Positions 37,792-49,356 of a DNA stretch of 64,000 nt are shown here, piece after piece. The stretch's first letter is position 1, and each line of letters starts with the position of its first letter. The DNA is from Eledone cirrhosa (taxonomy: Eukaryota), in assembly GCA_964016885.1 (NCBI GenBank), contig OZ024742.1, positions 239,072,001-239,136,000 on the forward strand, in the 5' to 3' direction. Made by a program: the position numbers and the translations under genes. A model generated the notes under the pieces. It did no database searches and was not told the DNA's origin. It saw nothing but the letters and a program-made list of their open reading frames with translations.

Positions 37792-40700
37792 TTGGTTCGA
37801 ATGCTTATCTGTAACACTAACTTCAAAAAACGAGACAATCACTTGATCACCTACAGATCAGGGGAACATACCAGCCAGGTAGATTATATCCTTACCAGAA
37901 GACATGACAGAGTGTCTGTTGTAAACACTAAATCCCTCCCCCATGAAGAATGCACCTCCCAACATAGACTGATAATTAGCGACCTCATAGTCAGGATGAG
38001 ACGTACTAGACAGCAGAAGAGGACTATCCTCAGGAGAAAAATATGGAAGCTTAAGGATCCCACAGCCAGAAATAAATTTCAAAGCATATTACTTGATGCT
38101 TTCGACAGTAAGGAAGAGCAATTAGAGTCGTACAATGTAGAGGAACAGTGGGAATTCCTGAAAGCAAACCTGCTGATGGCAGCAGACGAAGTCTGTGGCT
38201 GGAGCAGGCCTGTAGGCAGGAGGAGAGTAACATGGTGGTGGAACAGTAAGGTGGAGGGGTCAATCAAGGCCAAAAAGCAGGCTTGGAAAGCATGGCGGGA
38301 TGGGGGAAGTAGAGAAGACTATCAAGTGGCCAGGAGGGAAGCTAGGAGACAAGTGTACTTCGCAAGAAGGGAAGCAGAGGAAAGAAAGTTCAAGCATGTT
38401 CTACAACGCGAGGACCAAAAACGTGAGGTGTTCAGGATTGCTAGACAATGTGTCAAGGAAAATCGTGATATTGTCAGGGAGAAGTGTGTACTTAACGATG
38501 ATGGCGTACTTGCCATCACTGACGCTGATAAGAAGGTAGCTTGGAAGTGTCACTACGAAAGGCTACTAAATGAGGAGAATAAATGGGAGAAAAACAGCCT
38601 CCCCCACATCGACCCAATAGAGGGACCAGCAGTGTTAGTCGAAGATAGTATAATAAGTAAGGCAATCAAAGATATGAAGACGGGTAAGGCGGCTGGGCCT
38701 TCGGAAATAGTTGCTGAGATGCTGAAAGCCTCTGGAACGGTGGGACACACCATGGTCACCCGGATAGTAAACCAAGTCATACAGAATGGGGTTGTTCCGA
38801 AGGACTGGTGTAGCAGCATCATCGTTAACTGTTACAAGGGTAAAGGAGACGCCCTAGATAGGAGTAACTATAGAGGCATTAAATTAATCGACCAGGTCAT
38901 GAAGGTCATAGAAAAAGTAATAGCGCAACTAATCAGAGAGAATTGATCTAGATGAAATGCAGTTCGGGTTTGTGTCAGGCAAAAGTACCACAGACGCTCT
39001 TTTCATTGTACGACAACTACAGAAGTACCTAGCTAAAAGTAAACCCCTATACTTAGCTTTTGTCAACCTGGAGAAAGCCTTCGACAGAGTCCCCCGTTCC
39101 ATTATCTGGTGGGCTCTTAGAAAACTAGGTGTTGACGAATGGCTTGTGAGAGCTATACAAGCCATGTATAAAGAAACAGTCAGCAAGGTTAGAATTAACA
39201 ACGAATATAGCGAAGAGTTTAGCGTAAAAGTTGGTGTCCATCAGGGCTCTGTTCTTAGCCCCCTACTATTTATTATTGCCCTTCAGGCTATAACAGAGGA
39301 GTTCAAGACCGGCTGCCCATGGGAACTCCTATACGCAGATGATCTAATGCTCATAGCTGAATCAATGGCCGAGCTAGAGAAGAAATTCCAAACATGGAAG
39401 CACGGCCTAGAATCAAAAGGCCTTAAAATTAACCTGGCTAAGACTAAAGTTCTAGTTTGTAGGAAAGAAAATAAGGCGCCGGTCCCTTCCGGGAAATGGC
39501 CATGCTCAGTGTGTAGGAAAGGCGTAGGTAGAAACTCCATTTTATGTCCCAAATGCAAAGTATGGGTGCATAAAAGATGTAGTGGGATCACAGGTAAGCT
39601 AACTAAGAACATAGATTTTACATGTGGCCGGTGCTCTGGTGAAATAAGTAGCAGCAAGTGCACACAAAATACTAGCTCTTTCAATTGCGCAGAGGGTTCT
39701 ATAGAAATAGTGGACAGCTTCCGTTACCTGGGTGACAAAATCAGCAGTGGGGGAGGGTGCTCTGAAAGTACAGTAGCTAGAGTCAGAACTGGATGGAAAA
39801 AGTTCAGAGAGCTTATACCACTATTAGCCGCTAAAGGGTTCTCCCTAAAAATGAAAGGCAGGTTGTATGATGCCTGCATACGAACAGCAATGTTGCATGG
39901 CAGTGAGACCTGGGCATTGTGTGCAGAGGATATACGCAGACTAGAGAGGAACGAAGCTTGCATGCTCCGCTGGATGTGTAATAGTAATATACGTGAACGG
40001 CAAAGCATAAACGAACTAAGGAAAAAATTAGAAATAAGAGGGATCAGATGTTGTTTACTCGAGAGAAGGCTACGTTGGTATGGTCACGTGATGCGCATGA
40101 AAGACGACAGCTGTATAACAAAGTGTAGGGCAATAAAGATAGACGGTAGCCACGGAGTAGGCAGACCCAGAAAAACCTGGGACAAGCTGATAAATTCCGA
40201 CCTCACACACTTACACCTCTCCAAGACAATGTCACTGGACCGAGACCTTTGGCGGTACTCAGTAATAGAGAAGACCTGCCTTACCTAAATACAAAGTAAA
40301 ACCTACTACAGTCAGTAGGCATCTCTAACAAAATACACCCCCGTCCCACCCACCCCCACCCCATCCACACCGCCCCTTTCAATGTAAAGTTATGTTGGTA
40401 CCACAACATCCAGGCCGAAACAAATGAGATCGTGTAGGTGTCACGACAAAAAAACACACAGTCCATGCTGTAATGTGGCCGTGTAGGCAACACGGTAAAA
40501 ACCTCCCAACCCCACCCTGTAAATGTGGTTGGTGTTAGGAAGGGCATCCAACTGTAGAAAACCCGCCACACAGTCCACGCTGTAATGTGGCTGTGTAGGC
40601 AACACGGTAAAAACCTCCCAACCCCACACTGTAAATGTGGTTGGTGTTAGGAAGGGCATCCAACTGTAGAAAACCCGCCACACAGTCCACGCTGTAATGT

Positions 40701-43700
40701 GGCTGTGTAGGCAACACGGTAAAAACCTCCCAACCCCACACTGTAAATGTGGTTGGTGTTAGGAAGGGCATCCAACTGTAGAAAACCCGCCACACAGTCC
40801 ACGCTGTAATGTGGCTGTGTAGGCAACACGGTAAAAACCTCCCAACCCCACACTGTAAATGTGGTTGGTGTTAGGAAGGGCATCCAACTGTAGAAAACCC
40901 GCCACACAGTCCACGCTGTAATGTGGCTGTGTAGGCAACACGGTAAAAACCTCCCAACCCCACACTGTAAATGTGGTTGGTGTTAGGAAGGGCATCCAAC
41001 TGTAGAAAACCCGCCACACAGTCCACGCTGTAATGTGGCTGTGTAGGCAACACGGTAAAAACCTCCCAACCCCACACTGTAAATGTGGTTGGTGTTAGGA
41101 AGGGCATCCAACTGTAGAAAACCCGCCACACAGTCCACGCTGTAATGTGGCTGTGTAGGCAACACGGTAAAAACCTCCCAACCCCACACTGTAAATGTGG
41201 TTGGTGTTAGGAAGGGCATCCAACTGTAGAAAACCCGCCACACAGTCCACGCTGTAATGTGGCTGTGTAGGCAACACGGTAAAAACCTCCCAACCCCACA
41301 CTGTAAATGTGGTTGGTGTTAGGAAGGGCATCCAACTGTAGAAAACCCGCCACACAGTCCACGCTGTAATGTGGCTGTGTAGGCAACACGGTAAAAACCT
41401 CCCAACCCCACACTGTAAATGTGGTTGGTGTTAGGAAGGGCATCCAGCTGTAGAAAACCCGCCACACAGTCCACGCTGTAATGTGGCTGTGTAGGCAACA
41501 CGGTAAAAACCTCCCAACCCCACACTGTAAATGTGGTTGGTGTTAGGAAGGGCATCCAACTGTAGAAAACCCGCCACACAGTCCACGCTGTAATGTGGCT
41601 GTGTAGGCAACACGGTAAAAACCTCCCAGCCCCACACTGTAAATGTGGTTGGTGTTAGGAAGGGCATCCAGCCGTAGAAAACCCGCCACACAGTCCACGC
41701 TGTAATGTGGCTGTGTAGGCAACACGGTAAAAACCTCCCAACCCCACACTGTAAATGTGGTTGGTGTTAGGAAGGGCATCCAACTGTAGAAAACCCGCCA
41801 CACAGTCCACGCTGTAATGTGGCTGTGTAGGCAACACGGTAAAAACCTCCCAACCCCACACTGTAAATGTGGTTGGTGTTAGGAAGGGCATCCAACTGTA
41901 GAAAACCCGCCACACAGTCCACGCTGTAATGTGGCTGTGTAGGCAACACGGTAAAAACCTCCCAACCCCACACTGTAAATGTGGTTGGTGTTAGGAAGGG
42001 CATCCAACTGTAGAAAACCCGCCACACAGTCCACGCTGTAATGTGGCTGTGTAGGCAACACGGTAAAAACCTCCCAACCCCACACTGTAAATGTGGTTGG
42101 TGTTAGGAAGGGCATCCAACTGTAGAAAACCCGCCACACAGTCCACGCTGTAAATGTGGCTGTGTAGGCAACACGGTAAAAACCTCCCAACCCCACACTG
42201 TAAATGTGGTTGGTGTTAGGAAGGGCATCCAACTGTAGAAAACCCGCCACACAGTCCACGCTGTAAATGTGGCTGTGTAGGCAACACGGTAAAAACCTCC
42301 CAACCCCACCCTGTAAATGTGGTTGGTGTTAGGAAGGGCATCCAACTGTAGAAAACCCGCCACACAGTCCACGCTGTAATGTGGCTGTGTAGGCAACACG
42401 GTAAAAACCTCCCAACCCCACACTGTAAATGTGGTTGGTGTTAGGAAGGGCATCCAACTGTAGAAAACCCGCCACACAGTCCACGCTGTAAATGTGGCTG
42501 TGTAGGCAACACGGTAAAAACCTCCCAACCCCACCCTGTAAATGTGGTTGGTGTTAGGAAGGGCATCCAACTGTAGAAAACCCGCCACACAGTCCACGCT
42601 GTAATGTGGCTGTGTAGGCAACACGGTAAAAACCTCCCAACCCCACACTGTAAATGTGGTTGGTGTTAGGAAGGGCATCCAACTGTAGAAAACCCGCCAC
42701 ACAGTCCACGCTGTAAATGTGGCTGTGTAGGCAACACGGTAAAAACCTCCCAACCCCACCCTGTAAATGTGGTTGGTGTTAGGAAGGGCATCCAACTGTA
42801 GAAAACCCGCCACACAGTCCACGCTGTAATGTGGCTGTGTAGGCAACACGGTAAAAACCTCCCAACCCCACACTGTAAATGTGGTTGGTGTTAGGAAGGG
42901 CATCCAACTGTAGAAAACCCGCCACACAGTCCACGCTGTAAATGTGGCTGTGTAGGCAACACGGTAAAAACCTCCCAACCCCACCCTGTAAATGTGGTTG
43001 GTGTTAGGAAGGGCATCCAACTGTAGAAAACCCGCCACACAGTCCACGCTGTAATGTGGCTGTGTAGGCAACACGGTAAAAACCTCCCAACCCCACACTG
43101 TAAATGTGGTTGGTGTTAGGAAGGGCATCCAACTGTAGAAAACCCGCCACACAGTCCACGCTGTAAATGTGGCTGTGTAGGCAACACGGTAAAAACCTCC
43201 CAACCCCACCCTGTAAATGTGGTTGGTGTTAGGAAGGGCATCCAACTGTAGAAAACCCGCCACACAGTCCACGCTGTAATGTGGCTGTGTAGGCAACACG
43301 GTAAAAACCTCCCAACCCCACACTGTAAATGTGGTTGGTGTTAGGAAGGGCATCCAACTGTAGAAAACCCGCCACACAGTCCACGCTGTAATGTGGCTGT
43401 GTAGGCAACACGGTAAAAACCTCCCAACCCCACACTGTAAATGTGGTTGGTGTTAGGAAGGGCATCCAACTGTAGAAAACCCGCCACACAGTCCACGCTG
43501 TAATGTGGCTGTGTAGGCAACACGGTAAAAACCTCCCAACCCCACACTGTAAATGTGGTTGGTGTTAGGAAGGGCATCCAACTGTAGAAAACCCGCCACA
43601 CAGTCCACGCTGTAATGTGGCTGTGTAGGCAACACGGTAAAAACCTCCCAACCCCACACTGTAAATGTGGTTGGTGTTAGGAAGGGCATCCAACTGTAGA

Positions 43701-45732
43701 AAACCCGCCACACAGTCCACGCTGTAATGTGGCTGTGTAGGCAACACGGTAAAAACCTCCCAACCCCACACTGTAAATGTGGTTGGTGTTAGGAAGGGCA
43801 TCCAACTGTAGAAAACCCGCCACACAGTCCACGCTGTAAATGTGGCTGTGTAGGCAACACGGTAAAAACCTCCCAACCCCACCCTGTAAATGTGGTTGGT
43901 GTTAGGAAGGGCATCCAACTGTAGAAAACCCGCCACACAGTCCACGCTGTAATGTGGCTGTGTAGGCAACACGGTAAAAACCTCCCAACCCCACACTGTA
44001 AATGTGGTTGGTGTTAGGAAGGGCATCCAACTGTAGAAAACCCGCCACACAGTCCACGCTGTAATGTGGCTGTGTAGGCAACACGGTAAAAACCTCCCAG
44101 CCCCACACTGTAAACGTGGTTGGTGTTAGGAAGGGCATCCAACTGTAGAAAACCCGCCACACAGTCCACGCTGTAATGTGGCTGTGTAGGCAACACGGTA
44201 AAAACCTCCCAGCCCCACACTGTAAACGTGGTTGGTGTTAGGAAGGGCATCCAACTGTAGAAAACCCGCCACACAGTCCACGCTGTAATGTGGCTGTGTA
44301 GGCAACACGGTAAAAACCTCCCAGCCCCACACTGTAAACGTGGTTGGTGTTAGGAAGGGCATCCAACTGTAGAAAACCCGCCACACAGTCCACGCTGTAA
44401 TGTGGCTGTGTAGGCAACACGGTAAAAACCTCCCAGCCCCACCCTGTAAACGTGGTTGGTGTTAGGAAGGGCATCCAACTGTAGAAAACCCGCCACACAG
44501 TCCACGCTGTAATGTGGCTGTGTAGGCAACACGGTAAAAACCTCCCAGCCCCACCCTGTAAACGTGGTTGGTGTTAGGAAGGGCATCCAACTGTAGAAAA
44601 CCCGCCACACAGTCCACGCTGTAATGTGGCTGTGGAGGTAACACGGTAAAAACCTCCCAGCCCCACACTGTAAACGTGGTTGGTGTTAGGAAGGGCATCC
44701 AACTGTAGAAAACCCGCCACACAGTCCACGCTGTAATGTGGCTGTGTAGGCAACACGGTAAAAACCTCCCAACCCCACACTGTAAATGTGGTTGGTGTTA
44801 GGAAGGGCATCCAACTGTAGAAAACCCGCCACACAGTCCACGCTGTAATGTGGCTGTGTAGGCAACACGGTAAAAACCTCCCAGCCCCACACTGTAAACG
44901 TGGTTGGTGTTAGGAAGGGCATCCAACTGTAGAAAACCCGCCACACAGTCCACGCTGTAATGTGGCTGTGTAGGCAACACGGTAAAAACCTCCCAGCCCC
45001 ACCCTGTAAACGTGGTTGGTGTTAGGAAGGGCATCCAACTGTAGAAAACCCGCCACACAGTCCACGCTGTAATGTGGCTGTGTAGGCAACACGGTAAAAA
45101 CCTCCCAGCCCCACCCTGTAAACGTGGTTGGTGTTAGGAAGGGCATCCAACTGTAGAAAACCCGCCACACAGTCCACGCTGTAATGTGGCTGTGGAGGTA
45201 ACACGGTAAAAACCTCCCAGCCCCACACTGTAAACGTGGTTGGTGTTAGGAAGGGCATCCAACTGTAGAAAACCCGCCACACAGTCCACGCTGTAATGTG
45301 GCTGTGTAGGCAACACGGTAAAAACCTCCCAACCCCACACTGTAAATGTGGTTGGTGTTAGGAAGGGCATCCAACTGTAGAAAACCCGCCACACAGTCCA
45401 CGCTGTAATGTGGCTGTGTAGGCAACACGGTAAAAACCTCCCAACCCCACCCTGTAAACGTGGTTGGTGTTAGGAAGGGCATCCAGCTGTAGAAAACCCG
45501 CCACACAGTCCACGCTGTAATGTGGCCGTGTAGGCAACACGGTAAAAACCTCCCAGCCCCACACTGTAAATGTGGTTGGTGTTAGGAAGGGCATCCAGCT
45601 GTAGAAAACCCGCCAGACAGTCCTATGCGAGCAATGACAACCGCTCTTGCCTCTAGTGGGAAAACTCCCGTCCAAACCCATGCAAGCGTGGAACATGGAC
45701 GTTAAACGATGATGATGATGATGATGATGATG
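37792..45732 (+). mobile_element. Young RTE LINE (long-UTR family), 5'-truncated, one frameshift at ~38940, satellite in the 3' UTR
   Basis: ORFs 37792-38946 (end of APE plus start of RT) and 38957-40288 (RT YADD, PHD finger, C-terminus). Tail GGACGTTAAACGAT(GAT)n. Confidence 0.95.
40455..45613 (+). repeat. Tandem satellite: 46 x 112 bp (7 units are 113 bp)
   Basis: CACACAGTCC at 40455 to CAGACAGTCC at 45614 spans 5159 bp = 46x112+7. Units are near-identical with no spacers. Confidence 0.97.
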
Positions 45733-46884
45733 GTTGCAATTAAGTATAGCTTCCTAATTCAACCAATTACTGAGCATTTTACATCAGAAATTAACATACT
45801 CCAATGCATGAGTACAGACAGGATCCAACTGCTGTAGCGAAAAATTAAATAACAACTACAAGCGGGATTCGGCTCTGAATGAATTCTGATGTCATAACTG
45901 CAGAAAGAGTTAACGAGTTGCATTAATAGGTAAAAGTCACACAGGTGGTAGAGGTTGGGAATTTTTCTTTTTCTTAGGCAGTGCCACAACTACATGTGAA
46001 CCCTTTGAAGCAACAGCATGAAATAATAACTAACAGTTTATTATTATCCATTATATCTTTTCTGTTCACATATACCACCTTCAGAGCTACTTCTGCTCCA
46101 AATTCTCTAAACAATTTAATATCAGACAACATCCAAGAAATAAAGCAGTCTGCTTAATGTACTGACACATTTTATGGACTCTTAGCTCTCATGTTTTCTT
46201 TTGAAACACTAACTTCACAAAATTTAAAGTGAACCTTTACACTATTAAACTCACCCATTTATACTCCACTATGAGAGTCTGAAAAGTTATGATCACTGCT
46301 CTCTAAAATAGGTATTCTCACCAAGTAAGGTAACTAGTTGTTAGTGGATGGTTGAGATAGGTTTAATGTAAGACAATCATACACCTGACTATCAAATGCA
46401 TACAAGTCAGAAATAGAAACTGGATTCAATAAAATGGCTTGCTGAGGAGGTTTAATAGACTAAAACTTGTCCATGGTTGTCTCCTATATTTGCCTAAATT
46501 ATTAAAGTAATAAAGATGTATAGTTAACATGAAGCATTGAGATATATGTGATAAGATCTTTAGAAAGTCGATACAATGCAGATAGAAATGTATGTATAAA
46601 GTGGTATTGGGGTAAAGGATGACATATAAAACAAGACAAAATGTTTTTTTCTATCCAGTATATTTCTGAGCCTGCAACAATGCTTACCTACTTATCTCTT
46701 TATTGTATGTTGTCTTCACAGTCCATACTTGCTTCCATCACCATTCATTTTTATTTCTCAAGCCCATATTAGCAAGCAGACTTATAACCAAAGCTGTTCT
46801 AGTTCTGACCATCCCATCGTTTGGTATATCCAGTATTATATTGTCCAATATTTTATTAATTTAATTTTTTATTTAAGTGGTTGA

Positions 46885-47200
46885 ACTTGTGTCATGACAA
46901 AAAGCACCTAGTTCATTATAAGGTGATTGTACTGGTACCATGACCAAAAGCACCCAATCCATCCAAGGTGGTTGTACTGGTATTTGACAAAAAGTACCCA
47001 GTCAACCCTGTAAGGTGGTCATGCTGATGTCATGAAAAAAGCCCCCAGTACAAGCTGAATGGGGTTGCCATTAGAAAACTAAATCAAAAACAGTTTATCT
47101 GAGCAAGACATGATCACCTGACCTGTCTAGTTTCATAATGTGACAGCCCATCTAACCCATGCAAGCATGGAAATAGGTGTTAAATGGAGATAATAATGGT
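46885..47200 (+). repeat. RTE/SINE 3' module with ~47-bp subrepeats; similar remnants at ~18760-18870, 48540-48778, 52580-52960, 60770-60930 (+) and ~12680-12830 (-)
   Basis: Repeated TCATGACAAAAAGCACCCAG..TAAGGTGGT and tail CTAACCCATGCAAGCATGGAA. Confidence 0.75.
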
Positions 47201-47549
47201 AAAATGGCATTTACAGGAATTTGGTTGCTATTTCTAGCAGATTCCTTTTATTAGCCTGTTTGTATATTTGGTAATTGGTACCTACCATTTATAGCTGCTA
47301 TCCTAATGTGTGTGTCCTTGAATGCATTGGAGTGGAGAGGGGGGGGGGGGGGGGGGGGGGGCAGGTATAGTTGATGTAGAGAAATTACATAAAGATTTTC
47401 TACTGCTTTTATTTTCTTTGACTAGCCACTAATATATGTGGTGTGGGGGGTTGTTGTTGTTGCTGCCGCTATTGTGGTTGTTGGTAGTGTTATTGGGATT
47501 TTGATTGTTGTTATTGTTAATGAAATAAATGTTCTGTTCACAAAAATAG

Positions 47550-47633
47550 CGAGAAGATAAACATGGAATCAGTGCATTGCTGGCAGCCACATGGGAAGGT
47601 CATGTGGAATGTGTCAAATATCTTCTTTCCAAG
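47550..47633 (+). CDS. MTPN: Myotrophin exon 3: REDKHGISALLAATWEGHVECVKYLLSK
   Basis: Matches the human DKH.IT.LL.A..EGHV.CVK.LLSK segment. Acceptor AAAAATAG| and donor AAG|GTAGGA. Phase 0/0. Confidence 0.93.
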
Positions 47634-47835
47634 GTAGGAACTGAAATTTCACTTTAAAAAAAATTGGTTTGTTATTGCATTTCTCTCTCTCTTTCTTTCT
47701 GTATGTCTTGTTTCTTTCCTCCCATTCTCTGCATCTCTGTATTTCACTCTCCTCTTTCTCTGCTTCCTAGTTTTTTCTGCTCTTACCTTGTTCCTCCCAT
47801 CATACACACACATATGTGTGTTTGTGTATATATAT

Positions 47836-47912
<77 letters not shown>

Positions 47913-47953
47913 ATGATATCAATAAATGGAAACTATATTTATAAAACCATATT

Positions 47954-48014
47954 TATTCTATTATATATATTTCAAGGGTACCAAAACTTTGCTATGCTCT
48001 CATCAGATAAAATA
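47954..48014 (-). ncRNA. Type-I hammerhead ribozyme motif
   Basis: UAUUUUAU CUGAUGA [imperfect stem II] GAAA U AUAU A UA AUAGAAUA: 8-bp stem I and palindromic loop III. Confidence 0.6.
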
Positions 48015-48858
48015 CAGAGCTTGTTTTATAAATATTGACATATCCAGGAATGAGACCTTAACGGTTCAAGTTTTACCTGGATAGTGCTATTGAGTGCTTC
48101 GAATCTATTATAAATATATATATTTGTTGAATTATCAACAAATTAAATATCCCTTTGCTTATATATATATATATATAGTGTAAAAATTGAGGGATCGTAC
48201 AAATGTAAAATCAGAGACCATGAATAATTAATGTAACCATGAGTTTAGGGAGAACTATAACATTTTATTGTTTTTCATACATTTCGTCAAATGTAGAAAA
48301 TAATAACAAGTAGGGGTGATTAAAATTATTTTATTATTTTAGCATTCCAGAAGCATAAAAGGAAAGGTAAAAGATGAAAATATCCCTACATAAGTTAAAC
48401 ATCAATAGTTTTGGATCTTTGGTCCCCTCAAAATGTATCAGACTACATAAATTTAGAAAAGAGAAACATCTATGTAGATGTGTTGGTATTAGGGTGTTAT
48501 ATTAATATATATATATATATATATATATACCGTCCACTGTGTCGGTGACACAACAAAACGCACCCAGTCTACACTGTAAAGTGGTCGTGTATGAGATATG
48601 GTAAAAAGGCTCCTAGTCCACACTATAAAAGTGGTTGGTGTTAGGAAGGACATCCAGCCATAGAAAACCTGCCAGAGACACAGTCTCCCAACCAATCCCG
48701 CATCAAATGGAACAAAACTGTCTAAGCCATGCTAGCATGGAAGATGGACGTTAAACGATGATGATGGTGATGATGATGTCTATGGGTCTATCTGCCTGCT
48801 GACATCTGAAAGCTGTTGTCCAGTTATCTAGTTAAAATGATAGGAAGGAATTTGTCAT

Positions 48859-48938
48859 GGCTCCTTAGCTTAATGGTTAAAGCATCTAGCCAGTATCTGA
48901 GGCTATCAGATATGGGGTTCAATTCCTTATAGCAGCCG
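48859..48938 (+). pseudogene. tRNA-Thr-like pseudogene or SINE head
   Basis: GGCT..AGCC ends, D-arm GCTT/AAGC, A-box TAGCTTAATGG, B-box GGTTCAATTCC and AGT at the anticodon position. Anticodon and acceptor stems are imperfect. Confidence 0.5.
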
Positions 48939-49093
48939 ATGACACCTTTTTCCATCTTTTAAGAGTCTTCACCCTATTTTATAAACTTTTTTTTATAGCA
49001 TTTCTGTGCTTGAGAACTTTCTTTATACTTTTATATATATATAATTGAAAAAGTGGAGAATAACATGGTCAACAGTACAAAAAAGGAGATTTA

Positions 49094-49210
49094 TTTACAG
49101 TTTAACAATTGTTTCACTGATAGAGTTGTCTAAAAATTGCTAAACACTGAAAGTAGTGCCACTCAATTTAAAATACATGTTGGCTCCATCATATCTTCAG
49201 AAACTGTAAA
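49094..49210 (-). ncRNA. Type-I hammerhead ribozyme motif with long stem II
   Basis: UUUACAGUUU CUGAAGA UA-UGAUGGAG...CUCUAUCA-GU GAAA C AAUU G UU AAACUGUAAA: perfect 10-bp stem I and palindromic loop III. Confidence 0.75.
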
Positions 49211-49356
49211 AAATTATATATGTAACCGGCAAATTTACAAATTCAATGCAACGGCGTACGCTAAAACTATCCATAATAATAAGTATTCACAACCTCTAAT
49301 TGGATTACCTATAACGATATCTTGTTATCCTTTATATATATATATATTGTTATCAT

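Larger units (their letters stand above)
36900..45909 (-). mobile_element. Internally deleted piggyBac element hosting the LINE and satellite
   Basis: TTAA|CTCTTTCT ... AGAAAGAG|TTAA. Acidic N-terminus SDSESDYIFEGF..SDIDLMSESDSDED. C-terminal cysteine-rich domain CKQC..RRE...GCDQCKVNLCISCFKLY at 37262-37360. Confidence 0.8.

Noticed and set aside
40455-45613. CRISPR array or retrozyme array
   Set aside because: Units are contiguous and near-identical with no unique spacers, there are no cas genes, and the context is eukaryotic. I found no CUGANGA/GAAA core in the unit on either strand. The unit derives from a LINE UTR.
40281-45696. Repeated 86-424 aa ORFs ([11 protein letters not shown]...)
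   Set aside because: These are antisense translations of the satellite with frames shifting every unit, and they resemble no protein.
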